A DNA stretch of 62,991 nucleotides, counting the filler, from Lenisia limosa (Eukaryota; Protista; Breviatea): NCBI GenBank assembly GCA_001655205.1. It is 9 parts of 9 records of this genome, joined end to end, with 100 filler letters (N's around TTAATTAATTAA, not from the genome) between each part and the next. Parts side by side here need not be neighbours in the genome. Positions count along the whole stretch, not along the records: positions 29,333 to 46,576 come from LPNZ01005050.1; positions 46,677 to 60,244 come from LPNZ01009034.1; 7 more parts are not named here. One strand, written 5' to 3'. The notes under the pieces are model-generated. The model was not told the origin of the DNA. It saw only the letters and a program-made list of their open reading frames with translations, and did not search any database. A program made the position numbers and the translations under genes. Position 1 is the first letter of the stretch; each line of letters begins with the position of its first letter. Positions 35,801-49,008 of the stretch are shown in pieces.

Positions 35801-38800
35801 AATGTGACTGAGACATTTAAAACACCACAATGAATTTGCTAGTATGGATGGGGATGATTATCAACCGTTTATACTTGAATTCTATTTTTTTCAAGGAGCC
35901 CCTCTTACAGATAGAAGTTTGAGGCATTTTCAGTGAGGTAAGGTTGTCGCATCCCCAGGAGTCGGCCAAACATGTCAATTCGAGCATGGTTGTCAGGTCC
36001 ACCAACAGCTGGAGAGGGGGGGGGTGAGAGCTGCGTATTGCCTCATTGAGGTCTGGGATAATCAGTCAGCAGTATTGCAATGGACCACCATCAGAGCTTC
36101 ACTTCAGTTCGAAAAAAGACTGATTTTTTCGACAAATCTTCGAAAACTATCAATAATTAACTGGTCTTTTTCGAAACGAAGTGAAGCTCTAGCCACCAAA
36201 CAAACCGTTGATGAGATCGGCTAAATGGGCCTGTGCAAGTTGTCGCAATCCGTAGCGAGTCAGGAAGAAATCCCCGGTCTAAATCGTAAATAAGGAGATG
36301 AGGGTCCTTACGAATTCACCAAGAGTCTGACGAGTGTTCCTTTCTCGGTCGTCAATCTCATCAGCAACAATCTGGAGGTGAACGGTTCCGAGAGCATTTG
36401 GTCTACCTTGTCCTTGTAGATTTGCATAATAAGCGACGTCACTGCCGGGGACGTTTTCAGAGACCCCGCGCCTTGGTTTTCAAATAGGAATGATCGATAG
36501 AAATGAAAACCGAAAGTCAACTACCTTGTAGCACGATGGTTTAGAAATCAAAACAAAGCCCAGGGAAGTCATAAAAAACAGACAGTTTTTAAACCACCAT
36601 CCTACCTTTCCCCGCAAAGCCCTCCAGACACGACCCAAAGACTGCGGTGTACTGCGAAAGGGTATTTTTGGAAGCCTAAAAAATGATGTTGGAACAATTT
36701 CAAAAAAACAAGGAGTCACTAACCTTGGACCTGCCTTTCTTTGCTGGGGCTAAATCCTAAAGCAATAAGCTGAAAAACTACCTGGGGCTACTAATTACCC
36801 CTCCCACGGCTTGCACCATAGCATGTGCCACCTCAATTATCTGAACTTCAGAATCAGTTTCGTCATCAGTGTCGGAATCATCTAGAAAGTCACATCAGGG
36901 TCCCACGTAGGGCTTCACTTCGTTCAAAAAAGACTATATTTCTCGGTAAATCCTCGAAAAATATCGATATTTTACTGGTGTTTTTCGAATCGAAGTGAAG
37001 CCCTAGTCCAAGCAAACCTCGTGCTTGCTCATCCAGGAACGCTTCCAAGGCGACTAGACACGCCATTGCGTTGTGCTGTGTGTCAGAGTTTTCCTGGTAT
37101 GTTAAAGGGGGTTGAAAAGGCCGAAAGTACAGCAGTCTCTAACCTTAGGCAAAAGTAGCGCCGTTTCAAGCGAACACCTGAGACTAGACTCGGATATTGC
37201 CCGATCCACAAGGGTGGATTCCTGGGGTATCAAAGAAGGAATTTTGGCGTGGGTAATGGGCTTAAAGTTAGAAATTACAATCCGACATATAATCAAGATA
37301 GACCAAAATAGACCCATTATGCAAAACAAAAAATCCAGGACGACATGCTCTCACTAGATTTTCCGATAGTATGTCGTCTCGTGAAACAGGCTGAATATAC
37401 ACGTTGACTTCTGATATAGTTAAAATAGCACACATTAAAAATAAATCTACTATACCACCTCAAAGGATATGATGATAATAAAGAACAAAACCAGGTTTTG
37501 ACAGTAAAATAGCCATAGGAGAGGGCTCACCAGAGCTCTGTGACCCGTCGTCAATACTAAGTGGCTCGGCCTCAGCCGGCGGTTCCATGTAGTGAGTTTT
37601 GGCGTGGGTCACGGCCGGAGTGGCAGCCGTGATGGTGACAGTCGCTATTTGTCTGGGTTCGGCCGGGAGGCTGGAGAGGACATCCGAACTCTGGCGGCGA
37701 GGACTAATGTTCAGACCCATGCCGGCTTGTGGCGAATGCGGCTTTTGGGACGGCGGCGATGGCAAGTCGAAGGATGTGGATACCTGCATACTTTCAATTC
37801 TGGGGGGAACACCTTCCAGATTTGGCAATGATGCGGCTTCTTTGAGGCTTGAAAGGCTGAGTGACGTTTCAGGCATCCGCGATGAGGTGTCGGAAGTGAC
37901 ACTTTCAAAGGACCCTGCGCTCTGCAAAAGATGGGAAGCAGGTTCATCTTTTGGTAAGTAGTGGTCTTGATCTTGAGACAGACTTTCCATATTTGGTAAG
38001 TCTTGAGATGAAGCCAATGATGATGGTGTTCGACTATGTTTTGGCAAGTCTGAGAAAGAATCGCTTGAGAACTGAAGAGAAGCCGCAGATCTGGGGGGGG
38101 GGGGGNNNNNNNNNNNNNNNNNNNNNNNNNNNNNNNNNNNNNNNNNNNNNNNNNNNNNNNNNNNNNNNNNNNNNNNNNNNNNNNNNNNNNNNNNNNNNNN
38201 NNNNNNNNNNNAGAATTTTACAGAATCAAACGGGAAATGGGAAAAAGAGTCCATGAACGAAGCGGACCTAGGGGCCATTATTTTGGCTGCTGTGCTTCGA
38301 AGAGATGACGACGTCGATGCACTCAGATTGCAAGAGGACAGCGATTTGATCTGGTCTGAAGTGTGAACTCAACAGAATATGCAGTTGGAGGACCATTTTC
38401 GGCCTTCTTATGAAACACAATCATATTGTATCCAACCTCAAGCAGCTTTCTTCGAAAACTAATCTTCTTCAACTATCCAATGGCCAGTCCCCCCCCCCCC
38501 CANNNNNNNNNNNNNNNNNNNNNNNNNNNNNNNNNNNNNNNNNNNNNNNNNNNNGCTGCGGTGGAGAACCGTGGCGGTCCCTGTTTCGATACTCCGGGCT
38601 GGGACGGGGGTGTTTCAGGCTAAATGCGAGTGAGAAATGTCGGATGGCAACTGAATATGATATAATTGGTTCCATAAACCCACTAATGCCTTTGGCCGAT
38701 CTTTTTGGGACTTTTGCGTTTTTGAGCCTTGAAGCCGTGCTGCACTAAGAGGGCCTTGTTTCTTCTTCTTCTTCTCCTTCTGGAAACGTTGGTAAGGAAA

Positions 38801-41800
38801 TCCAATTAACTCGGAATCATGAGAGTCCAGACCTTCGAGTGGTTGCTTTTATTTGAGCCGAGTGATCGCTGCGAGAAGGAAGGCATCATTTTCTGTATCG
38901 CAAGCCCTTCCTAATTCATGAACCCAAAAAATAAATATGGCTCAAGATAATGGATCGAAGTTCAAGCACATAAGATAAAAATCAGGGACAAACTTTGGAC
39001 TCGTAAATGGCATCCACGTCCGTTTCTCTCACAACCTAATGGTGTTACAAAAAACAATTATCATGAAAACAGTGGGTAGTTGTCAAGACAAAACAAAGCC
39101 GTTATCATCAAAGGGGTAGGGTCTAACCAGGAATTCTTTTCTTGATGCCTTAGCCTTTTTGGGCCTCTTTTTTCGAGTCAATAGAGCGGCTTCGGCTGAA
39201 GATGTGAGAAAGTGTATTATAATAGGACTGCGTCCAATTAATTATTTGTGACAAAATTTGAAATGAAAAGAGCCTGAAATGGCTTTCCCATGACAATAGG
39301 TTTCACTTCAATTTTGCAATTATTTTTTCAATTAATTGCACAGAGCCCTGATACTATATGATATCTCAAGATACCAGTTCATTTCAACCTCTGTATGATA
39401 TGAGCAGACCTTGTTTGAGAGATACGGAGAGTTGGACTAAACGGCCCTCTAAGTAGGAAATTTGTTGTTTCATTGCGTTCTGAATCTCAACACCCTTCTC
39501 CCGCACTTCTTCTGTTCGGGACACCAATAGGGACTACAGATAAGAACATTCAGTCCCTTGCCTACCCTGAGTTCCGCAATGATTTCATCGCGGCTCATAA
39601 CACCGTCCTTTAGTATTCGTATCGTTTCCTCCAGTCCCTCAAGCCTACTCAAGTTTTCCTACAGAGTAAAGACGTAAGCAAGGCGAACCTGGGCGTGTCT
39701 GCACTTTCCTGCGTTACACACTGAGGTTACCCGTTCAAGCTCCTCATTGGTTTTGGAAAGATCCTGTACTGTTAGTTGCTTTCCCGACATATTGTTGACA
39801 AATACCTGTGACAGTTTAGCCTCGCGCTTTGCCCCCTCGGTCTCTGAAGACGCCACCCAACTAAATCGTTATCAAAGGGCTCTTTCTTGGAACTGTGCAA
39901 AGAACTGTCCAAATCCCACTTTCGGCAAGCTGTGACAGTGTCTCTCAGGAGGTCGCGAGTTAAGATTCCCAAAATAGGAGTGCTGGCAAAAACTACACAG
40001 GTGAGGAACATCTAGTGTTTCAACCAACCTATTCTGGCACCCTCAATAGCACAGGTAAAGTTCGTAGCTGCTTTGGCTGCCCAATTGTTGGAGAGGGGTG
40101 TGGAAAAAGGAGCACACTGACAGTAAGGGGGGGGGGGGGNNNNNNNNNNNNNNNNNNNNNNNNNNNNNNNNNNNNNNNNNNNNNNNNNNNNNNNCCAGCA
40201 TCGCTCGTTTACAGGCTCTCAAATACTCAGGTTGTTTACTGTTTTCGGTTTCTGAAGGAAACACCAAGGTACGTCGAACAGTCAACGGGGTGACTATGCA
40301 GTAAACGGCTGAACATGCATTGCATTAAATGTGTACATAGTATATCATCAATATATATTATACTACATATGATCATGGAGATGAGAAATAAAACAAGGTT
40401 GCATCGGACTGAGATGTGATATCCTTTTTAACGATAGCACTGGCAGCTTCGCCCTTGTCTAGCCCTCACTGTGAGTCAGTTTGTGTTTTTCATCAAGCGC
40501 ACAGGCGGCGCATTTGTTCGAAGTTGGGGTCCGAAGACCTTCGACATCCACATCTTCAACATGGTATCTAGTATTTTAGGAGATAAAAGATGAACATGGA
40601 AGCTAGTATTTTAGGATGTGATTTCCCAAGGAAAATTGGTCAAGACTTATCTCGGTCACTGTATGATAATAATATATATTTTACAGCTGAACGGTGTGTA
40701 TAAAAGATGAACAAGGTATCTAGTATTTTAGGCTACGCTGGAGTCTTTAAATAAGACCAAGTTTCTCACTCACTGACCTTGATGGTATTGTAGTCTGCGG
40801 CATTTGAATACCAGTCTGAAGGGTTAGTTCCAACGTATATCCCCATGAACACGTACGATAATGGATCCTTCATGGGGCCAGGAGAAGGACTGTGAGGCCA
40901 GGCCGGGCCAATCCTCGTCCGCGTTCTCAAAGACTCGCGCCTCCTGAAGGGATGAATTTCACTGACATCAGAAAAAACAGCCAAAATATTGATGTTTATC
41001 GATTATTTATCAAGATATCGATATCCATTCTTTAAAAAAAACAAGAGGGAAGCCTTGATGAGATAGGGTGCTATGATCAGCTCTCCTGCCAAGACAAACC
41101 TGTGTGTCACTTCGGGGCGGGGTGCTTTCTAAAAGAGCCTGCAGGGTCAAAACAGTCCACTGTCACGACATTGAAACTGACCAGTGGCCACATTCGCTTG
41201 CCCCTATGCCTGCCCCTAAGGTTTCCTTATGGTTCCAAAAAGACCGTTAAAATATCGATGTTTATCGAAGATTTCTCGAGAAATTCAGTCTTTTTTTGGG
41301 ACCGTAGGGAAGCCCTATGCCTACGCCCCACCTGAGCAGTTCTGGCGTCGAACGAGTGCCGTCGGCGCAAATACTCCTGCGACTTGCCTGATTTGGCGGG
41401 AGGCGACGGAACATGCTGAACACTGCTAATCAGATTGCATCCAAGCCAAAAGAAAGCACTTCCAGTTACCTTGGCAAAGAGGGTTTTTGTTCCTCTTTTT
41501 GTGTGGCTAGCCGTGAAGATTTGTTCGGATGGTCCTTCTGCACTGTTAGTAAACTGAATTTCAATCACTTAATGGACAAGAGAACTGAAAAAACAGAATG
41601 GCTTTTAAGATTAAACAAACCCCAGGGATCTCTCCATTATAACCCTTTANNNNNNNNNNNNNNNNNNNNNNNNNNNNNNNNNNNNNNNNNNNNNNNNNNN
41701 NNNNNNNNNNNNNNNNNNNNNNNNNNCCAAACCGATGAGGCACTGGGGATATGCGGGAGCTGAGTAATGGGACCCGATGTTGACCTTCTTCGTCTCCCAG

Positions 41801-41860
41801 CTCCAGAAGGGGCCATGCTGAGAGCTAGGAGGCCGTATGTGCCAAGTACATAGACCAAAA
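32826..41860 (-). CDS. Large multi-exon uncharacterised coiled-coil/low-complexity protein with a probable EF-hand; could be more than one gene
   Basis: Many GT-AG-bounded minus exons: SRLEGLEETIRILKDGVMSRDEIIAELR, Ser-rich exon 37510-38090, AVTSLIMQIYKDKV, DNHARIDMFGRLLGM, ELEKVFLAGDADGNQVL (EF-hand-like loop), YDKLEKRLFEALGDLHDIEE; terminal ...KSSSFLKSRI*. Confidence 0.55.
33415..33494. mobile_element. MITE family 1 (subtype B), imperfect TSD gtaatgac/cgtatgac
   Basis: TAGGAAGG...TCGAGGATTTATCGAGAA...GGGAGCGAAGGGAAGCCCTA. Confidence 0.75.
35012..35092. mobile_element. MITE family 1 with perfect 8-bp TSD ATTGTGCC
   Basis: TAGGGCTTCACTTCGGTTCGAA...TTCGAACCGAAGTGAAGCCCTA (22-bp perfect TIR); ATTGTGCC at 35004-35011 and 35093-35100. 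Confidence 0.95.
35585..35684. mobile_element. MITE family 1 (subtype B), TSD 6/8 (tatgtaac/aatataac)
   Basis: TAAGGCTTCGCTATGGTC...GGGACCGAAGGGAAGCCTTA with the shared core. Confidence 0.8.
36092..36191. mobile_element. MITE family 1, TSD 6/8 (accaccat/gccaccaa)
   Basis: CAGAGCTTCACTTCAGTTCGAAAAAAGAC...GTCTTTTTCGAAACGAAGTGAAGCTCTA. Confidence 0.88.
36908..37005. mobile_element. MITE family 1 filling most of a small intron
   Basis: TAGGGCTTCACTTCGTTC...GAATCGAAGTGAAGCCCTA; flanks gtcccacg/gtccaagc. Confidence 0.88.
41217..41317. mobile_element. MITE family 1 (subtype B); a degenerate copy also at ~40975-41056
   Basis: TAAGGTTTCCTTATGGTTCC...GGGACCGTAGGGAAGCCCTA. Confidence 0.8.
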
Positions 41861-42204
41861 ACTTTCAGGTAACCTCAGTATTTGGAAAATTATGGCTTAA
41901 TCTTTATTAACCTTCAATAATAATACTATATCACGCCTTTGATGGCAGAAGGCTTTTTAATACCTCAAGAAATCAAGAAAATACTACACACAATACTGCT
42001 TTGATAATATCAACTGCTGTGGTTAGTTTTATTGTTTTTGATCTCGTATTGTTAAAAGCGAAAAGTAGCAAATTCTGAGCAAATTTTAAATTTTGGCCAA
42101 TGGCAATTCTGTGTCTTTGCGTCATTACGCCTTATTTGCGTACCTTTGATTTAGGCCTTCAAACAGCCTCAAAGTTGAGCTCAAAGCACATTGAAAGCAC
42201 ACAA

Positions 42205-44091
42205 TGATGATGTTGAAGTTTTTGTTTATATCATTGCTATGTTGCTTTTGCTATGCGGTATTTGATATGTAAGACTTTATTTTTCACGGACAAAATTGCT
42301 GACTTATTAGGCCAAAAGTTACATCAAACGGAGTTTCCTTCGCTGTAGCTCCTCCAGTTGATGACAATGATGTATCCAGCAAAGTTTGCATGGGATCAGG
42401 GTGGTCAACTTTCTCGTCGTACATTTCAGATACCATATATATGATTTGTATTCCAATCATCCCATTTCCCTCTCAAGCTTTAGGCCTATGTTGATTCAGC
42501 AATCGTAAAAGGTGGGGTTATTGTCACAATTATTTCATGGCTTCAGATCATTTTGATTTCTGGTGTTACCCCTCAGATAAGAATTACGCGCTGTTCCCCG
42601 TGGCCACTCGTAACAACGAGACTACTATTGATTTGACTGGATTCACAGCTGACCTTACTCTCAAGGTATGTTTATTGGTGCTAATTGTCTCTTTCATAAA
42701 AGAAGTTTTTGTTTCTTCTGAATGTGAACCAGCAGCTTGTATTAAACTCAAGGTTGTTCCAATGCGACCAATGTCCAAGCCCTACTCCACAAGCCTCGCT
42801 GCTGGCGCTGTTCATACCATTCCCACAAAGAACTGCCAAGTCCAATCACTTCAGGTGGGTTTTGCCTGTCTCCGTGGTTTGGTTTCATTCACTGTGTAGT
42901 TGTGTGACAGTGAAACATGTGGCATACCGCAGGTTGTGGCTTCGCCCGACCACGGTTTAGAGGCCACCGAGTACACCAATTATTACGACGATTCCATCAG
43001 GTTGGTAGCGTTGTACGTTTAAAATTAACCTCCATAGGTTTAATATGACTGACACGTTCTCTGTCCAGGTTGGTTTGTTTTTATTCTTCTTTGTTCTTGT
43101 GTTTTGTATGAAACTATTGCTCACCAGACAGATGAGATTTAAACCTGGCACATCTAGAACAACCGTTTATCGCCATATTTTGTCGCTTCAGAAGAAAGAT
43201 TCTGCACCAAGTTCGTGTAGTATAGCATTGTAGCTCCATCCTTTTCATGGCACACTTCAGAAGCGGGTATTTTCATTGGCTTACATATCAGATCGCTATC
43301 ATTGGTTCTTCCGCGACGCTACAGATAATCATCACACTGAGACTCGAATGAATGGTTACTGCAATTGGCCCGATATTATATTTGGTAGGATACAGAACTT
43401 CGTCAGATAAATTATTTTTCCCATTCTCTCCGTATAGTTCTTAATTGGATATTTATTTATCACTTTAGACGATAACATTTGGAACGATGTTGTTGTTACA
43501 TTCAACAATACCAGCAAAGAAAACACAGTGTACATTAATGGCCGTTCAACCTCCATTATCTGTGATGGAAGCGTGTTTTTTGAAAGTGGCTCCTATGTTA
43601 GAGGGTTGTGGAGTGGGGCAACCTGACTTTTTATTATTAATTGCAGAGCAAATATTTTAACTTGTACAGGTTTTTAATATTGGGGGGCATTTTTCGGCAA
43701 CGAGCAGCTCTCGAGTACATGGCATGGAAATTGGTACCGCCTTTGACTTTGTGAGCAGAGGGCTTCTTATTTTTTGCCTTTACCAAGACTCTCTATTGAT
43801 GATTTTTATACTATCTCAAAGATAACATCATGCTTACGTAATGCAAGTGATGTTACCCTTTAGTTCCGAATTTTTGACGGAATCATCACCAAACCGGGCC
43901 TGTTGACTAGCTTGGAAAGGGGCCCGTTTTCAGAGGTGGGTAATGCGTTTTACTGTCTTGTTAACGAACACCAGGTAGTCAGCTTCTTCGGAGCCACACG
44001 GCTTGCCATGGAGCTTTTCCTCAATGAAGAAACGGCGGCCGGGCTTTCGTCAGGCATCCATCTCACCGATAACTATGAATCTTGTAACTAA
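42205..44091 (+). CDS. Secreted protein with a probable LamG/concanavalin-A-like domain
   Basis: Signal-peptide-like first exon MMMLKFLFISLLCCFCYA; exon DDNIWNDVVVTFNNTSKENTVYINGRS resembles the LamG W-x-x-V-V-V-T...YING pattern; 3' end tentative. Confidence 0.55.
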
Positions 44092-44515
44092 TGTGTTTCC
44101 TGTGATTATGTATGTATCAAGTAGTAGTGTGACAGTTGTGATTAATCGTAAGTGGTGGCACCAAATGCCCAAAAAGGAGTATCATTGCAGTCCAGTTGCA
44201 GTACCATCATGTTATCAATGAGTTTTGACAGAGTTTTGGTTCCCAGTTGCTAGTTAAACAGAAGGGGAGTCTGATAAATGCAGTTTCAGCCCACACCAAA
44301 TTTCGTCGAAATAGGATGTCCTGGCAATCCGGTATCCCTGGTTTCCCTTTTGTGCCACCCCCCCCTCTTTTTTTTTTGTTTTTTGTTTTGTCAAGTTGTT
44401 AGTGTTTTGTACTAATCTTGATTGAAACGCAGAGGGTGAGAGGGCAGAAAGAGGAGTTGAGGTGAAGTGAGTGGAGTGCTACATAATTAGTCTCTGACCC
44501 CACCCCCCAAGTAGA

Positions 44516-46576
44516 ATGTTGCTGCATGATTTGCTCTCTCAGGACAAGGGTTTGTAGGGAGCATGGATCGTCAAGTGTCTAGAGCCTCTTTTTCATGGCA
44601 CTTTCAATGGTGTTGTTTGATGGTTTAGGAGGACTGTCCTGGCACCAACCCCGACTAGTTGTGAGAGGGGGGAATGTCAACTGTCTGTCCAGCTTTTTGC
44701 GGAGTATTCATCTCATAGGTCGCGTTTACAGCTTTGATTTTCGGCTACATACTGATCTTCAGTGGGGTGTACTCTTATGGCTTTGGTGAGTCTGCACGGT
44801 GAAGCTCCCTCCCTCATTATTTAGGATCGGCTCTTGGCAACCAGAGGATTGAAGGACTTCGACCTGGCTGGTTCGGCAAAATCGTTTGGGGGCTAAAACG
44901 AGGCTAAAACTTTCAACCTTCCCGACATAATATGTGTGTGGCCTGGGCTGCCTCCCTTTGTTCAAGGCTAGCTGACTGGACCTAGGACCTCAGCGACCAT
45001 CAGTATCGAACATGGCGCTCAAACTTCATGTTACTGTGTGCAGGCATGGCTGCCTTCTTGGCTGCTTCTTTCGCGGTCAAGAAACTTGAAGTGAGAGCTG
45101 CGCTTCACTTCTCACTTGTCAGGCTCATATCTCAACACACTCCTCCTCCATACGTCTGGGCTTTTACGCCATTTCGTCGTTCTTCTACTTGTGGTTCCTT
45201 CATGGCGCCTCCGTCATCTGGCTGTATCTCATCGCTGCCACAAACTATGCAATGGCCAAGGTTGTTGGGACAACTATATGAGGATGAGGACTATTTGCTA
45301 CAGGGGGCACTACAGATAGCCAGCGTATGTGGTCTTTATTTTCCGTTTATTATTATCGTTTTCAGACACTTGGAGGCACACCGCTACTGGTGCCTCTCAC
45401 ATGGGTTGTGAACCTTTCCTTCCTGGTCACGTCAGAGATTTGGAATGGCTACAAGTTGGTTTAGCATTGGTATTATATGAAGCATAACACGCATTACATT
45501 TACTACATATATATATAATGTTGAGAGTAAATTGTAGTACTGCAAAGACACCACTTTGTTCTCAGTATTAAAATGTGGGATATTGTTAACTCTTTAGATT
45601 CGCTGCCTTGTCTCCAATACTTCAGTTTTTGGTTTGGGGGTTGTTTTGCTTTCCCTCTGTATTTCTTTCTAATGACCAGGATCGTCATGGTGGAATGTTG
45701 CGGTGGCAAATTAGCTTCAATATTTCAATGCTTCGCCTTATTTCATATAATTGCGACTATCATTGGGCCCTTTCAGGGAGAAAAGTTGCTGAATTTGTTG
45801 TAAGCTGGTGGAGGTAGATTGCATAAGGGATTCACGAAATAACCTTCACATTTTATCAAAGAGTTCAGTCTTTGCAATGACCAAATAGCCAAAAAGTGAG
45901 TACGGCAAGCGTCAAGAATCCAACCTACCTCTTGGCCTTTATGGTGCTTGGCACTTCTTTGTGGGGGGAGGGTAACATGGTTAGTTGTTTCACAGTAACT
46001 AATTATGGTCATGTTTTCCCAAGAAATACCTCCATTCGTAGAACCACTATTATATCATTTCTAGTTTTTCAACATAGTTTTTTATAGTATTTGGTTTGAA
46101 TTAAAGTAGCGCTTTCATCCACGAAGGATTCCTTGGAAATTCGAATTTTGTTTTTAATGCCATATAAAACACCTTTTTTTTTTATTTGCCTCTGATTGGG
46201 CAGAGGGATTGTTGCTCTTCTTTCGTTTTACCGGATTTCGAAAAATAAATCTTAATTGCAAAAGCGGACAATTTTCCCAATTCGTCAGATGAAACAGAGG
46301 GTTGCCTTTGGATACTGATATTACACCATTCCATGTTTATATTACTCTGAACCTACATCCCCCCCTGATAACGATACATATCATATTCTTTACTTATTTT
46401 CTAGTCATACGTCTACTACATTCCTTTCTACATTGCAGGCCCTATTGTATCCTTTAACTCCTTCATTTCGCAAGTAAGTTGGTTTGTAAAGGGATCACAT
46501 CGTATGATATATCAGTATACATCATGACGGCTTCGGCCAAATACATCTTTATTTTTAATTCTCATGTATATATCAT
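44516..46576 (+). CDS. GUP1: MBOAT O-acyltransferase, GUP1/HHATL-like; 3' truncated, start uncertain
   Basis: Exons LRPGWFGK, DLSDHQYRTWRSNFMLL, FLHGASVIWLYLIAATNYAMAK, GGMLRWQISFNISMLRLISYNCDYHWAL, YYIPFYIAGPIVSFNSFISQ; correspond to Gup1 motifs. Confidence 0.85.
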
Positions 46577-46783
46577 NNNNNNNNNNNNNNNNNNNNNNNN
46601 NNNNNNNNNNNNNNNNNNNNTTAATTAATTAANNNNNNNNNNNNNNNNNNNNNNNNNNNNNNNNNNNNNNNNNNNNTTTCTTTTGTAATACACTCCCTTT
46701 TCTTTTTGCTGAGACAAGCTGGGGTGAAGCTGGGTGAGGGTGACAGTACTAAGAGAAATAGGGATAGTAAGATTTTCACTTTT

Positions 46784-48164
46784 CTAGATTCTGCCCTCTA
46801 AGCCTGAATGTATTATACCCAAGTTCCATGCAGCTGGCCCTAAAAGGGCAATGAAACTACATGTACAAGCAACGATACTTAAACCACTGCTGACAAAGAC
46901 AGCTAATAGGAGGGGCAAGTGTGATAGGGGGCAAAGACGCTGTGAGGAATAGTCTACAGGAATGAAAACTGGTTGACGTTCAACATAACACAAAAGAACA
47001 GATGGTGCGACAAAAACAGCCTCCCCCACGTCAGTGTTAAGGTTAGAAATGCGGTAGGTGTTGTACTTGCCAGTGTTGTTGTCAATTTCCTGGGTGGTTA
47101 GGAATGACTTGCACAGTAACGCTGAATGAAGATTAGAGCCAATAATATTTATGATTGTTGATTGAATCAACCCAGCAGCGTACTCTGTAGCCCATGTATG
47201 ACTCGGGGGTGCTATCAGCGAAGAAGGAGTGGAATTCGTAGTCCATTCCCATTCCCTTAATCTCGAAGCGGTAGCGGTTGCAGTTCTAAGGTGTATAAAA
47301 CGGGATGAGATAACCATGGTTGCACAAATGATTCAGTTGACCCAAGGGTTGCCGAGCTTCATTGATGATAAGTACATGTCAAACCTGTCCGAAGAACTCC
47401 TCGGATCCGAAGTCAAGGAACAAGATGGCGTCATGCATCATTGAGAAGGGGGTGTAGAGCTTGCCGTCACGAAGGCACCTCTTGTTGTCGTCACGCTACT
47501 GCGTGAGGGAATTCAAAATTCAAGCAAGGTGAGGTAAATGTTGATCATTGACACAGTGGTAGAAAAGTTTTGCAAGTTTGTTTGAACTTTATCCGATATA
47601 CTACTAAACATGATCGGAATGTTTGGAGAAACGGACCAGTCAAGGCTTGGTCAGTAAATAACATCATGCGGCTGGTACAGTGATCTCCCTTAGGATCCGG
47701 ATAGTGTTTATAAGCAGCTTACGAAATAGAAGAAGGCTTCTTTGTTGAAGTAGGTGAGTCCAACATTGTCATTAATAACACGAACAGCTTCCTGGATAGT
47801 GAGATTCGTTTATGGATTCGTAAATACATTTAATGGAGAAGATGCTACCGCGCTATAACTTGAACAAAGGCTGGAAAGGGAAAAGAGTGATGATAGAAAG
47901 CATACCTCGGTTCTGTTATAGTTAACAGTGAAGGTGGCATCAGGAGTAGTTTCTGCCTGGTGATACACTTCCATATCGGCAGAAAAGGCGATGGGAACAC
48001 TACATGATAGTTAAAACCAAAACATGAAGATATTACTCACGCTTGACGAGCAAACACTGTTGCAGAGAGTAGAACAAGCTACATCCGTAAGAAACCAATA
48101 TGACTCAAGACAGTGCTAAAAAAAACTCACCAGGGAAAGAACAACCTTCATCATCATCATCATC
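46784..48164 (-). CDS. Secreted protein, possibly ependymin-related (EPDR-like)
   Basis: Signal peptide MMMMMKVVLSL|LVLLSATVFARQA; exons VPIAFSADMEVYHQ, NCNRYRFEIKGMGMDYEF, TYRISNLNTDVGEAVFVAP. The family call is only a loose resemblance. Confidence 0.5.
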
Positions 48165-49008
48165 GTATAATAATACTGAAATAAAGTATCTGAAAAGGGG
48201 TTTTCTTTTAAAAATTTTTTATTTCAAAAACAAAAATGTACCGTCGGTTAGCCGGACCAATTGTTACCGAAATTAGATTTGGTAAAGGCGCGCAAATTTG
48301 AGGAGGTAAATTTGTTAATATTATTTTTGTACCAGTAGAGTCTTACTTTAAACAATGGTCCACCATCATCTCTGTAGACATGATCCACTCACGCAGAGAA
48401 GGCCTCAGGCCAACACAGGCGACTCTTCTGAGCCACTCTCAGAGAAAGACTTGATATGGTTGACAACATAAAGACCAAACTGTTTAGGGGAAACAATCCC
48501 AGCAATAGATTCTGCAATGGAAGGGATCTTTGAATACTCTTCGTACTCCAGCAAAAACACAACAGCAACCCCAGTTACAACAGTAAAGACAGAGACCATG
48601 GCAAGAGACAGCAAAGTAAATGTTTGTGAAGTGGATGCATTTCATTAAAGAAATACAATAAAAATCAATCGCTCACTTAGAAAAAAAAAATACAAAAAAG
48701 AATAAAATTTATTTTTATTTTTAACTATTTTTAAGAAAATAATAAAAATCAATCGCGAACATGGTCCTCTGTCTGGTATTTGATGCGCTTGTGCTGCAGC
48801 AGTAATGTTACAATAGGGCTGTTGGGGTGCAATTAGGTGAGTGTTGGGTTAGGGTTGTAGTAGTACTAGTATATTGGTGGATATAACGCCAAAACGCCAT
48901 CCGCCATCGCGCCTGTGTCAAGTGCCTAGACATTCCCAAACATTGGATGAAATAAAAATTGAATCGAAGAAAAATGCAATGGCAAGCTATTTCTGCATGC
49001 CACGCTGC

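Noticed and set aside
48350-48930. Possible small gene between the EPDR-like and NlpC/P60-like genes (TM-like ORF on minus; exon-like pieces on plus)
   Set aside because: Neither strand could be spliced into a coherent ORF; left uncalled.
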